DNA from: Candidatus Heimdallarchaeota archaeon | GTDB lineage: Archaea; Asgardarchaeota; Heimdallarchaeia; JABLTI01 | Assembly: GCA_019058275.1 (NCBI GenBank) | Contig: JAHLVW010000094.1 | Span: 32,001 to 96,000 of the forward strand | DNA length: 64,000 nucleotides | Direction: 5' to 3' | Shown: piece after piece, positions 19,373 through 29,748 of the stretch | Numbering within the stretch: position 1 is the stretch's first letter | How the letters are laid out: every line of letters begins with the position of its first letter | The notes under the pieces: generated by a model | The model's database searches: none | Seen by the model: the letters and a program-made list of their open reading frames with translations, nothing else | What the model was told of the DNA's origin: nothing | Made by a program: the position numbers and the translations under genes

Positions 19373-21187
19373 TTGAATTCAGAAAGTAATCAAGGTCGAA
19401 ATGAATTTGTAAATTTCTGGGAACGTCTTAATGATATTTTTCCATATCACAACTATCGAAGAGAGCAATTTGCCATAATTTCTGCAATTCAAAAGGCGAC
19501 TAATAATGTTCTTTTAATTGATGCTGAAACTGGCAGTGGAAAAACAGCTGCAGTACTTTCTGCAATCTTAAGTAGCCAAGAAAAAAACGAAAAGATATTG
19601 ATTTTCACAAAAATGCTAGGGCAAATGGATGCTTGGTTTAGAGAATTAGGATTAATAAATGATTATAATAGAAAAACAAACCAATCAATTTACTCACTTG
19701 TTCCACTTGTAGGTAAAAGTCATGTTTGTCCATTAGTAACAAAAAATAACAGAAAACAATTCACGCAAATTGGTTGTCCGCTGTTTAACTGCTCCCATAA
19801 CAAAGCATTTCATCTGTTAGAAGAAGAATATTCTGCTGGAAAAACACTTTCGAATTTTGTTATTTCACAAATAAGTGATTTCATAAAGAAAGGTGTTGGG
19901 TTAGCAGAAGTTCTCTGGCTCCTTGAAAATAGAATAGAAAACATTGGTTGTCCATACTTAGCAATAAAAGCAGCGTTGAAAAATGCTAACTTAGTCATCA
20001 CGACATATCCCTTCTTATTAAATCCTAAATTGCGAGAAATTCTGTTTGAAAATATGGATATTGATTTAGCAAATACGACTATAGTAATTGATGAAGCACA
20101 TAATTTAGCAAAAGGAGATTTTGGGGAATTATCTTATAGAGCGCTTTATCGCGCAGTAAATGAAATAGGTCACCATCCTGCTTTTGAAATGCTCCAAAGA
20201 TTGCAAGGAAAAGAAGGTTTACATAAATTAGACATAGATGAAGGAACATTAGATGACTTGAGGAATAGTGGAAAACAATATCTCCTAAATAGATTCGAGC
20301 AAGGCCATAGAGATATTAGCTTCACGTTAAAAGTTAGTGAATTCCTTGAGAATCATTATAGTTGCTATTTAACATCAGATAAGAAATTCACGCTCTACTT
20401 GAAAGATCCTCGAAATATTCTCAATTCAATAAAACTTTCAAAACAAATGATTCTCTTATCGGGTACTTTCAGACCACTAAAGCATTTTAGTGATTTCCTC
20501 GGAGTTCCAGATGCAAACAAAATTATTGTTTTATCAGAGAAACTAGGGAAAAATAGAATCGTTCTAACAACCAGTGATCCTGAACTAACGATGAAGTACC
20601 ATGGTCGATCAACAGAGAGGTATTTACATTATAGAAAAACAATAAAGCATTTAGTAGATGTAATTCCAGGTCATACATTAGTTTTTACACCAAATTATGA
20701 ATTAACTGCCGTTTTCGCAAACTTGCTCAAGACAAAATTTGTTGAAATCCCAAATCAACCAATTACTAAGTTCATTAATGAAGTCAAAAAAAGCGAAGAA
20801 AAAGCTATTGTTGTTGCTCCTGCTCGAGGTAAGATTTCTGAAGGCATAGAAATCGTTCAAGGTGATCGCTCTTTGATCTCAGCGGTTATTATTGCGGGCT
20901 TACCTTTCCCACCACCATCTAGATCATTAAGAGAGATAATTAAAGAGTATAGTAAGTTTTGGGGAGATGTCAGAGCAACAAACTACATGAATTATTTGCA
21001 AGCTGCTGTAACTATGAGACAGTGTTTAGGAAGAATGATTAGATCTGAAAATGATATTGGCTCATGGATAATCTTAGATAATCGAATCTCATACATGGAT
21101 GTATTTCCAAGGGCAATAGAATGTAAGAATTCGTACAAAATGGTTGAACGACTAAAATTCTTCTACAAAAATCATAAAATGAGTTAG
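19373..21187 (+). CDS. XPD/Rad3/DinG-family Fe-S DNA helicase
   Basis: AETGSGKT, Cys cluster (CPL..GCPLFNC..GCPY), IDEAHN, LSGT, SEGI, QCLGRMIR. Confidence 0.92.
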   Translation: MNSESNQGRNEFVNFWERLNDIFPYHNYRREQFAIISAIQKATNNVLLIDAETGSGKTAAVLSAILSSQEKNEKILIFTKMLGQMDAWFRELGLINDYNRKTNQSIYSLVPLVGKSHVCPLVTKNNRKQFTQIGCPLFNCSHNKAFHLLEEEYSAGKTLSNFVISQISDFIKKGVGLAEVLWLLENRIENIGCPYLAIKAALKNANLVITTYPFLLNPKLREILFENMDIDLANTTIVIDEAHNLAKGDFGELSYRALYRAVNEIGHHPAFEMLQRLQGKEGLHKLDIDEGTLDDLRNSGKQYLLNRFEQGHRDISFTLKVSEFLENHYSCYLTSDKKFTLYLKDPRNILNSIKLSKQMILLSGTFRPLKHFSDFLGVPDANKIIVLSEKLGKNRIVLTTSDPELTMKYHGRSTERYLHYRKTIKHLVDVIPGHTLVFTPNYELTAVFANLLKTKFVEIPNQPITKFINEVKKSEEKAIVVAPARGKISEGIEIVQGDRSLISAVIIAGLPFPPPSRSLREIIKEYSKFWGDVRATNYMNYLQAAVTMRQCLGRMIRSENDIGSWIILDNRISYMDVFPRAIECKNSYKMVERLKFFYKNHKMS

Positions 21188-21276
21188 TAGATTTTTGTTG
21201 TAGCAATTTAGACCTTTTAAAACATAATTTCTCGAGATAATAAATGAAAGAGAAATAGATTCTCAGAGGCAGTAAA

Positions 21277-24200
21277 ATGAAAAAGAAAGCACTAGTAGTA
21301 ATTATACTTTACATCTCCTTGTCAATCTTTACATCAATTGATCTTGCAAATGCTATTGGGTTAGAATATGTACCTGAAGCTATGCAATTAGTAATAAAAG
21401 AAAGTGAGAAAACACAAAATCCTGATCTACCTAACCAAATTAACGATCTTATTTCTCCATCTTATACAAATCTCTTGAGTTCTGAAGATGATCCAATTGT
21501 TGAAGGAACAGATGTAACGTTAACAAGTACAACTATTTCAACTGGGTATCCAGTTTCCTCAGGAAGTATCGATTTTAAAGATCTCAAGATTTATCATGTC
21601 GATAATGATGTAACCTCTGATGTAATCTATTCAAATAAATTTGCAGTTCGAGTTAATCTTCCACAGGATTTGATTATCTATGGATTTATTGTTGATATTA
21701 CAACAACAATAAGAGAAGACATAGACTTCTACATAAGAAGCAGTACAACAGGAGCAGATATACGATCAGGAACAATATCAGGTTACATAGCAAATAATGC
21801 TCACATTACTGGTCAACTTTTACATGTTCCTTTTGAGTATAGTGGTGGTGCTGCACCATTAACATTAGATGCACTTAACAGTTACTATTTCCTATTAGAA
21901 CCAACAGTGTCAACATCAGATACTTTTTTTGAACTAACTGAATCATCTGATGTACCAAATAATGTTCGGGTATACGAATGGTGGAATACTTATTATGCTG
22001 AAGTAATGACTGATGTAAATTTCTATTTGATTACTGACATTAATACAATTGCAGGTGATATTTCACTAAACAGTAGTGGTCAAGCTTCAACAGTTTGGAC
22101 TGCATCAAATCAAGGTAATCATTCTTTATTAGCTTGGTATAATAGAACAATATTCTATTCTGAAAGTTTTGGTTCTGTTTTAAGGTCTGTTGTTCATGCA
22201 ACTGAGACATTATTAGTATCTGTAGACCCAATAACAACAGAATATATGGATCCAGAAATTCTGCAAGCCACAGTAATGGTTGATCCTGTAACACCTGCAC
22301 CTGATAGAACAGTAACTTTTCTGGCAAGTGAAGACTTGCTAAGTTGGACAACAATTGGTTCTGCAGTAACAGACGGAAGTGGTATAGCAACACTAGAACA
22401 TCAATTTGATTTAGAACCAAACAACTATACATTGAGAGCAAAAGTAAATGAATTTTCATTAGCTGATAATACTTTGATAATTCAACCAGAACCTATTACC
22501 TGGAACTATATTGATTTCAATGGGCAATTTAGAAATAATCCTGGTTCTCCAACAACTACTCATTTCAATACAACTATCCAAGTAAAAGATAATGAAGGGC
22601 TTGATGTTCCCAACATGGACTTTGAGTTATGGTATTATTTAGATGGTGATTATGAGCGAATACCACACTATTATTCAACAAATGCTTCTGGAATGGCAGT
22701 TATTGATTTTGCAATTGATGATCTCCTAGCGGGTCATCATGTGGCAACTCACTATTTCTGCCCTGCGGATTATGATAAAAGCTACTCAGGAAATTCTAAT
22801 TATGGTGATACGATTATAGATAAAGGAATATTAGAAATTAATATACAAGATTTCTATGCTGAATGGGAGGACGACGTAAAATTATATGCTCAAGCCTTAT
22901 CTTTAGATGAAGGTTGGGAAGGATTAACGATAAGATTTTCTTATTATGTTGATTCACAATGGAATATCATAAGTGAAGCAATAACTAATTCATCAGGATA
23001 CGCTGAAATTATTTGGGTAGATATGCCCTTGATTGCTGGTGCATACTTAATTAAAGTAGAGGTTTTGGAAAGCTCATTATTTTATGCTGCAGAAAATAAT
23101 GCTAATCTCTTTATTGATAGAATAGCTTTATTGCTTTTCATCATTAATGAAGGAGAGGCTAGAGGGAATGGTGAGGAAATAGATTTAGAATATACTAGCA
23201 CAATGGACATTCTTTTTTATGTCACATTTGAAGATCTAACCCCAGCTGCAAATATTGATGTTGAGATAACTGGAAGACTACTTGATGAGATGTTCTACAG
23301 AAGTATGGGGTTTGTGACAACAAATGGAACTGGTTATGCTCACTTTAATAACTATGAGAACATGACTTTGGTTGGGTATCAATACCTCTTCATAGCAGAA
23401 ATTTATGAAACAGGTGAACATGAATCTGCTCAACTTAATTTCAAAATTAATTTAATCAAATGTACACCAATTATTTATCTTAATGATCATCAAGGAGAAA
23501 AAGGTTCCAATACAGAAATAATTGCTGATGTGAAGAACTCAGAAGGTAATCCACTAAGATATGTACAATTAGAGTTCATAATAGATGGACTAACTTATTA
23601 CGGAACAAGTGATTATTATGGGTTTGTTAGGGTATTAGTTGCACCTCAAATCGCAGCTGGAGAATATATTTTATATTGTTCTGTAGTAGAAGACGATAAA
23701 TACAATTTAGCTCAAGCGAATGCTACATTCCTTCTATTAAAAGGCATGCCCTATTTTACGTTTAATGATTCTCAAGCAATTCTTGATGGATACCTAACAA
23801 TTTACGTAATTGCTCAAGATTCATTAGGAAGACCAATACCAGATTTAACTGTGAATGTTTCACTCCTTGGATGGAGTGAAGTATTAACAACTAATGCTGA
23901 TGGAATAATTGAATATACATTCATAGTTACAGGTTATGATCTTGGATACTATCTCTTGGTTCTCTCATTCAGTGGAAATGATGATTGGTTTGACACCACA
24001 GTAACTAGTAATGTTTTGATTTATGCGCAAGATTCTAGCATCGAATTACTGTTTACAACTATAACTTGTACATATGGAGAAGAAATACTATTAGAAGCAA
24101 AATTAGAAACAATTGATGGTATACCACTTGGAAACAGAACCATTCAATTTGTGATTCTATGTGAAAACGGAACAATTATACTGTTAGGTGAAAACTTTAC

Positions 24201-26349
24201 TGATAGTAATGGAGTAGCACAATTTACTGCTGACATGTCAATTATCCCAGGTTCGTATGATCTGGGGGCCTTATATCTCGGAGCAAATGATTATGGACAA
24301 TCTTCGCAATATACCTCTTTAGTTATTCAGAAATCACAGGTAATTTTAGTTGGTAATGATTTTAATGCAGTAAAGGATTCAACAACAACTTTCCAAATAA
24401 CTCTATTAGATCAGTTTGGACAACCAATTGTTTTCGAGACAGTTACAATCTTCATATGGATAAACAATACTTGGATATTTTTGGGTGGATTTACAACAGA
24501 TCAAAATGGAAATGCAGTTGCATCAATTTTTATTCCTTATGCATATGGAGCTTATACTTTGAAGATTGAATTCAACGGCAATAGCTACTATAGTAGCAAT
24601 TATCTGAATATTGAAATAAATGTAATTGCTCCTCCACTAAAAATCAATCCAGATATTACAGTCGATGTAGATGATCTAGTTGTTGACCACCAAAATGTTA
24701 CAATTGATTTTATTATAATAAATGCCATTAATGGTTCTGATATAACAGTTTATGTTTATATCAATGGAGTGTTTAATGGAACATTTTTAGTAATCAATGG
24801 AATAGGTGAATTTTATTGGTGTCCAGATACTATTGGTTCGTATAATATCACTCTTATTACAAATGAAGATTCTATTTACTTCGCAACATCTGAAATGATT
24901 ACAATCGAAGTAATTCAAAATATTCCTCCTGAATTGATAACCTACTCTTTTGAGGATTATATTTGTGAAGGAGATCCATTTGATATTGAAGCAAAATTCA
25001 ACGACATCTCTGGGGTTGCTTATGTTTGGTTTACAGCAAATGGAAGAAGGTATGATTTGATTTACGATGGAAATGTTCATGCATTAACAACCTATCAACT
25101 TAGAGAAGGTATATACAATATTATATTGTTTGCTGAAGATTACCAAGGATTCATTTCAAACTATGATGTAGGACAGCTCCATGTTTTTCAAAGAAAAACA
25201 CAGGTTATGAAATATCAATACAATTCAGTTGTCATTGAAGAAGGTCAAGAATTCAGGTTAGAAGCTTTAATTTATTCAGAAAAGACTCTAACAAGTGTTT
25301 ACCTCATCATTAATTCAACAGAATATCTAATGACTTTGGGATATCAAATTGATAGCCACAAAAGCGTATGGTACATAAATATTGATTCTCTAGAAGTTGG
25401 AAGTTTTGAAATCAAGATCAAACTAGTCGAAGATTCAAGCAATGTTTACATTAATGAACTAAGTGAGGTTCTCATTGTTATACCAAACACTCCTCAACTA
25501 AATTCCTATGATTGGTACATTGAATCGAATAAAGATAGTGACTATATATCAGGAAACATAACTATCAGTTCGTATTATTCAATAGATATCATTGAAGTTT
25601 GGATAGATGGACAACTAGTAACTCTAGTAAAAATTGCTGATGGTATCTATAACTTCTATGGTTATGTTACTCACGCAAAAAATCATATTCTGAAAATAAG
25701 AGTAATCGATGTTATGGGTAGAGAACTTAATGATGAAATTACTTTAGGAACTCCTTCTGATTCACCTATTTTAGCCATCTCCTTAGCAGTTTCAATTGCA
25801 GTTCTGATTGCAATAATTGTAGGAGGCTTTTTTGTAATTTCCAAGTACAGAAATAGGAATCAAAACATAGATTTCTCATCTGAAGTAAATGTTCCTGATA
25901 TTAGCGATGAGTTAATTGATACATTTAATGATGAACCGTCAATTATAGATGATGATTTAGAGGAAGAAATCACAGCACCAGAAATTGACCTAACCAGGCA
26001 GCCAAGAGTTATTCGAGCTGAAACAGCATGCCAAGATAGCTCATTGGAAGAGGAATTCCTCAATCCTGATTTGGAACCGATACAGTTAGATGCTGAACCT
26101 CAGCTCGCAGAGGTAAAGGAGTATATTGCGAAAGTTAAAGGTGATGGATTAATTCCTGCGGAAAATGAGGGGATAGTGAAATCAATTGATGATCTTTCAA
26201 GTTTAGCAATAGAAATTGATCAACGATTATTACCTGAAGATGAACGGTTAAAGAAACTAGCTGAAAAAGAGAAAGAAGCTACTGCAAACCCAACAATTCC
26301 AAATTTAAAAAATATCACAGAAGAAATTGAGCAAACATTTGCTGAATAA
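21277..26349 (+). CDS. Large surface protein with tandem Ig-like (Big) repeats, C-terminal TM and acidic cytoplasmic tail
   Basis: Signal peptide; about 8 T(D/N)xxG.A repeats (TDGSGIA, TNASGMA, TNSSGYA, TNGTGYA, TNADGII, TDSNGVA, TDQNGNA); TM near residue 1500. Confidence 0.85.
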   Translation: MKKKALVVIILYISLSIFTSIDLANAIGLEYVPEAMQLVIKESEKTQNPDLPNQINDLISPSYTNLLSSEDDPIVEGTDVTLTSTTISTGYPVSSGSIDFKDLKIYHVDNDVTSDVIYSNKFAVRVNLPQDLIIYGFIVDITTTIREDIDFYIRSSTTGADIRSGTISGYIANNAHITGQLLHVPFEYSGGAAPLTLDALNSYYFLLEPTVSTSDTFFELTESSDVPNNVRVYEWWNTYYAEVMTDVNFYLITDINTIAGDISLNSSGQASTVWTASNQGNHSLLAWYNRTIFYSESFGSVLRSVVHATETLLVSVDPITTEYMDPEILQATVMVDPVTPAPDRTVTFLASEDLLSWTTIGSAVTDGSGIATLEHQFDLEPNNYTLRAKVNEFSLADNTLIIQPEPITWNYIDFNGQFRNNPGSPTTTHFNTTIQVKDNEGLDVPNMDFELWYYLDGDYERIPHYYSTNASGMAVIDFAIDDLLAGHHVATHYFCPADYDKSYSGNSNYGDTIIDKGILEINIQDFYAEWEDDVKLYAQALSLDEGWEGLTIRFSYYVDSQWNIISEAITNSSGYAEIIWVDMPLIAGAYLIKVEVLESSLFYAAENNANLFIDRIALLLFIINEGEARGNGEEIDLEYTSTMDILFYVTFEDLTPAANIDVEITGRLLDEMFYRSMGFVTTNGTGYAHFNNYENMTLVGYQYLFIAEIYETGEHESAQLNFKINLIKCTPIIYLNDHQGEKGSNTEIIADVKNSEGNPLRYVQLEFIIDGLTYYGTSDYYGFVRVLVAPQIAAGEYILYCSVVEDDKYNLAQANATFLLLKGMPYFTFNDSQAILDGYLTIYVIAQDSLGRPIPDLTVNVSLLGWSEVLTTNADGIIEYTFIVTGYDLGYYLLVLSFSGNDDWFDTTVTSNVLIYAQDSSIELLFTTITCTYGEEILLEAKLETIDGIPLGNRTIQFVILCENGTIILLGENFTDSNGVAQFTADMSIIPGSYDLGALYLGANDYGQSSQYTSLVIQKSQVILVGNDFNAVKDSTTTFQITLLDQFGQPIVFETVTIFIWINNTWIFLGGFTTDQNGNAVASIFIPYAYGAYTLKIEFNGNSYYSSNYLNIEINVIAPPLKINPDITVDVDDLVVDHQNVTIDFIIINAINGSDITVYVYINGVFNGTFLVINGIGEFYWCPDTIGSYNITLITNEDSIYFATSEMITIEVIQNIPPELITYSFEDYICEGDPFDIEAKFNDISGVAYVWFTANGRRYDLIYDGNVHALTTYQLREGIYNIILFAEDYQGFISNYDVGQLHVFQRKTQVMKYQYNSVVIEEGQEFRLEALIYSEKTLTSVYLIINSTEYLMTLGYQIDSHKSVWYINIDSLEVGSFEIKIKLVEDSSNVYINELSEVLIVIPNTPQLNSYDWYIESNKDSDYISGNITISSYYSIDIIEVWIDGQLVTLVKIADGIYNFYGYVTHAKNHILKIRVIDVMGRELNDEITLGTPSDSPILAISLAVSIAVLIAIIVGGFFVISKYRNRNQNIDFSSEVNVPDISDELIDTFNDEPSIIDDDLEEEITAPEIDLTRQPRVIRAETACQDSSLEEEFLNPDLEPIQLDAEPQLAEVKEYIAKVKGDGLIPAENEGIVKSIDDLSSLAIEIDQRLLPEDERLKKLAEKEKEATANPTIPNLKNITEEIEQTFAE

Positions 26350-27574
26350 AAACAAGGAGGATAAAGTAATTCCTAAGAAATCTACTTTCAGACAAGTATT
26401 TCGCTTAAGTAAACAAATGCTAGTACACTTTACCATTTTGTGTCTAATGATATCAAGTTTTACTATATCCATAAACCAAGTGTCATCAGAGAAAAACAAA
26501 TCAGAAATGATACAATCTACAAGTAGTTTACAAGAATACAGCTTTATTGAGCTTGGAATATATATTGAACCATTAAGCTGGGAAGGCTTGGGTTCATTTC
26601 AAATTTCATTAAATGAAACCTTTGATTTAGATAATGTTGGTCCTGTGATGATTATTTTAGATTTTACCTCACAAGGAGATCTTCCTGATAACCCAGGTTA
26701 TCAAATAAAAGGTACATTTAACTTGTTAGATTTTGAATCAGAAATAAGCCGATCAATGATATCCTCTGATGATGAAGAACTCGTGCGACAAATAGTCATT
26801 CCTACAGATAGTGAAGGCAGGTATTACAGCAATCAAATGGAGTTAAACATCAGCTGCTTAAATGAATATTCTAGTTTATCTTCAGGAACACTCGAGATAA
26901 AGAGTTCTTCTAGAGTATTAATTGGTGATGTCTTACTTATTGAAAACTTTGATAATTACCCAATACAAGTGTTCCCTAAGAACCAAATAGGTGTCTCTGA
27001 TATTGGGGGATTAACACTTTTTAGTTACATACAATTCACCATTGAAAATGAAACTCTGATCAATGCTGCAAAATACAGTTTGAATCTAACAATTAGATTT
27101 ACAGGGGATGTCAGAATTTCATTAACATTGTTCGATAATAATAGTGAAGCTAGTCCATTTACAAAAAATCAAACCACAGCTAACATAATTACAGCAACTG
27201 CAGAATTACAACCATCTCATGGAGTTAATTATTATTCAATTGGTTTGTCGATTTATGGAGATAGCCTTTGGGGTACGAACTTTAATGTTACCTTTGTAAA
27301 TTGCACTGTTAATCTGATAGAAGCTCTAGGTGGCTTTGGATTATTTAATCTAGATATTCCTTTCTTTCAATGGCCTTCAGTACCTATTGTAGGAGTAGTT
27401 GCATTGGTACTCTGGTTTGTGCCATATACTTTACTTAAGTTTCGTAAATGGCAAAAATCAACTAAGGAGTTCAGTTTCACATCTCTAGATGATGACCTTG
27501 ATATTGTTGATCCTGAGGGAATTGCTACAGATGATGATCATGATGATATAAAGGATGCTTTTGAATTTGTGTAG
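26327..27574 (+). CDS. Membrane-anchored beta-rich surface protein with acidic tail
   Basis: N-terminal hydrophobic segment, many NxS/T sequons, C-terminal TM followed by a D-rich tail. Confidence 0.75.
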   Translation: MSKHLLNKNKEDKVIPKKSTFRQVFRLSKQMLVHFTILCLMISSFTISINQVSSEKNKSEMIQSTSSLQEYSFIELGIYIEPLSWEGLGSFQISLNETFDLDNVGPVMIILDFTSQGDLPDNPGYQIKGTFNLLDFESEISRSMISSDDEELVRQIVIPTDSEGRYYSNQMELNISCLNEYSSLSSGTLEIKSSSRVLIGDVLLIENFDNYPIQVFPKNQIGVSDIGGLTLFSYIQFTIENETLINAAKYSLNLTIRFTGDVRISLTLFDNNSEASPFTKNQTTANIITATAELQPSHGVNYYSIGLSIYGDSLWGTNFNVTFVNCTVNLIEALGGFGLFNLDIPFFQWPSVPIVGVVALVLWFVPYTLLKFRKWQKSTKEFSFTSLDDDLDIVDPEGIATDDDHDDIKDAFEFV

Positions 27575-27585
27575 GAGGATTTGAA

Positions 27586-28350
27586 TTGAATAGTGACCAA
27601 ACAATAATAATTGATAACCCAAATATAGCAGCAGATGTAAATTTAGCAGAGAAGAATTTTAAAGATAGATTATTAAAAATCCTATCGTATCTAAAACCAA
27701 CCATTATCAATGCATTAATCACATTTACTGCTTTTATTATCATAATTGCAATAACAAAGAAATTGGGCGTAACAGTTATTATTTCCATTGCAATATATTT
27801 GATTATTTCATTATTTGTTCAACCTCTTTATAGTGATAAATTAAGGAATAGATTTAACGGATTTTCATCAAAGAAAAAAAATGTACCCACAATAATTGCA
27901 TCAAATAATAATTCCATAGTGCTGTTAGCGAAAAATAAAACACTCATTGGTATATCATTACTAAAAGCAGAATGGCTAGAAAACTACCTAAATTTAAATC
28001 CTATTTGGGATTTATTGCAACAAGAAGGTGTTCAAATACAAGATTGCCGAGAAGGATGTTTCTTTGTTATTAGGAAAAATATCGAATTGAAAAGAAATGA
28101 TACATTTCAAAATAAGGCAATAAAATTAGTAAAAGAAATAGAAAAAACCATTCTTCTTCTAAAGAAACGATTTGATATTGAATATGATAATCTGAATTTG
28201 TATTTAGTAAAAGGGCAAGAAATTATTCTAACAACCATAAATCTTGGTTTGTATCCAATGAAGTTCGCATCAAACCAAGAGATTTCTGATGAAGATTTAG
28301 ATTATATTAGAACATCCTCACTGGATGTAAAGGAAGTTAGTGTTGAGTAA
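27586..28350 (+). CDS. Two-TM protein with soluble C-terminal domain
   Basis: GGAGG RBS; hydrophobic hairpin near the N-terminus. Confidence 0.7.
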   Translation: MNSDQTIIIDNPNIAADVNLAEKNFKDRLLKILSYLKPTIINALITFTAFIIIIAITKKLGVTVIISIAIYLIISLFVQPLYSDKLRNRFNGFSSKKKNVPTIIASNNNSIVLLAKNKTLIGISLLKAEWLENYLNLNPIWDLLQQEGVQIQDCREGCFFVIRKNIELKRNDTFQNKAIKLVKEIEKTILLLKKRFDIEYDNLNLYLVKGQEIILTTINLGLYPMKFASNQEISDEDLDYIRTSSLDVKEVSVE

Positions 28351-28383
28351 AAAATTAATGAAAAAAATTAAGGTGCTAAAGAA

Positions 28384-29058
28384 ATGGTACAAACATTTAA
28401 TTTGGAAATATTGTATAAAGCAATAGAACTTTTATTACTCTTTTGGATTTTAGGTTTACTATTCAAGTGGATTCTTATGTTCATATTTGGTGAAAAGGGA
28501 GCACACATAATTGGTTTTCTAGGTTATACAGTTAATTTTGCTTTGAAAAAATTCATGCTATCAAAAATCTTCAAAATAGAAGTATATGAATCGGATCCAT
28601 TCAAACTGAAATTCAAATTTGAAAAAACTGATAGATGGGATGTTCTATTTACCTCTTTAGTTTTAGCACCTATGGGAGTTGGTTTGCTTTTAGGAACATT
28701 AATTGGGACACTGGGTTTGTTAATGGAAGATAGTTTAGTAGTAATGTCAATTCTTCTTTACATCATAGGATTTCTCATTGCAGTCAATTCAATACCTTCC
28801 TTCCAAGATGTTAAAGAATTAAAAGAATGTTCGGTTAGGTCCATTGTAATTTGGTTTGTTATAGCTACAATCTTATGTGCGATACTTGCTTCTATCTTAA
28901 TACCTTTTATGGAAAATGCTTTGGGGGTAATAATTGCTGTATGTAGTGGAATTATTTTAACTACTATTATGACATTTTACATACCCCCTCTCTCTAATAA
29001 AATGACTAGTGATGAAAGCACTTCATTAATTGGAGGAACGGTTGATTTAGATGGTTGA
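28384..29058 (+). CDS. Polytopic membrane protein, degenerate M50B/zincin-like
   Basis: LAP motif and NSIPSFQD; the HExxH position reads NFALK. Confidence 0.6.
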   Translation: MVQTFNLEILYKAIELLLLFWILGLLFKWILMFIFGEKGAHIIGFLGYTVNFALKKFMLSKIFKIEVYESDPFKLKFKFEKTDRWDVLFTSLVLAPMGVGLLLGTLIGTLGLLMEDSLVVMSILLYIIGFLIAVNSIPSFQDVKELKECSVRSIVIWFVIATILCAILASILIPFMENALGVIIAVCSGIILTTIMTFYIPPLSNKMTSDESTSLIGGTVDLDG

Positions 29059-29743
29059 TCAAATACTAGTGAGTACAAGGGAAACAAATCGAGAATTTAT
29101 TCAAAATGGGAAAATTACTCACGTTTATGGTCCACCAAAGATAGGAAAATCTACTCTTTCAGCAAATCTTGCTTTAGAATTAGTGAAAATCGGTAAAAAA
29201 GTAAGTATCATTTCCACCGAAAGACCTATAGAAATAAGAATGGATTCAATGATTGAAGCAAATACTAGATATTCCATTGATTTACTTGAAAGTATTTTGA
29301 CATCAGATATTTTTACATTCACTGAATTGATTGAAGTAATCACTAATACATTACCTAATTATGAGCTAAAGGTTGATCTGCTTATTATTGATTCCTTAAC
29401 TGCATGTTACAGACAGAATTCAGGTCCTATAAATTTAACTTTGTTAAGAAAAGCATTGGCTTCTTTGCAATCATTAGCAATTAATAAAAACCTAGCAATC
29501 ATGTTTACAAATCAAGTTGCATCTCTTATGAATGAATCAAATGATTACCGACCAGTGGCATCTGCAACAACAAGGAATTATAGTGATATTACAATTCGAC
29601 TTAGCCAAAAGAATGATGGAAGAGCAGAAATCTCTATTGAAGATATTTTTGGTGAAGAGATAGAAGTTTTGAATCCAGCGTTTACTATTACTGAAATTGG
29701 AATTGAAGAATTTGATCAGTTATTTATTATTCCTGAAGAATAG
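29051..29743 (+). CDS. radB: RadB-like recombination mediator
   Basis: HVYGPPKIGKST, ISTE, LLIIDSL, FTNQV; no RadA N-terminal domain; start overlaps the upstream gene. Confidence 0.75.
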   Translation: MVDQILVSTRETNREFIQNGKITHVYGPPKIGKSTLSANLALELVKIGKKVSIISTERPIEIRMDSMIEANTRYSIDLLESILTSDIFTFTELIEVITNTLPNYELKVDLLIIDSLTACYRQNSGPINLTLLRKALASLQSLAINKNLAIMFTNQVASLMNESNDYRPVASATTRNYSDITIRLSQKNDGRAEISIEDIFGEEIEVLNPAFTITEIGIEEFDQLFIIPEE

Positions 29744-29748
29744 ATGAA

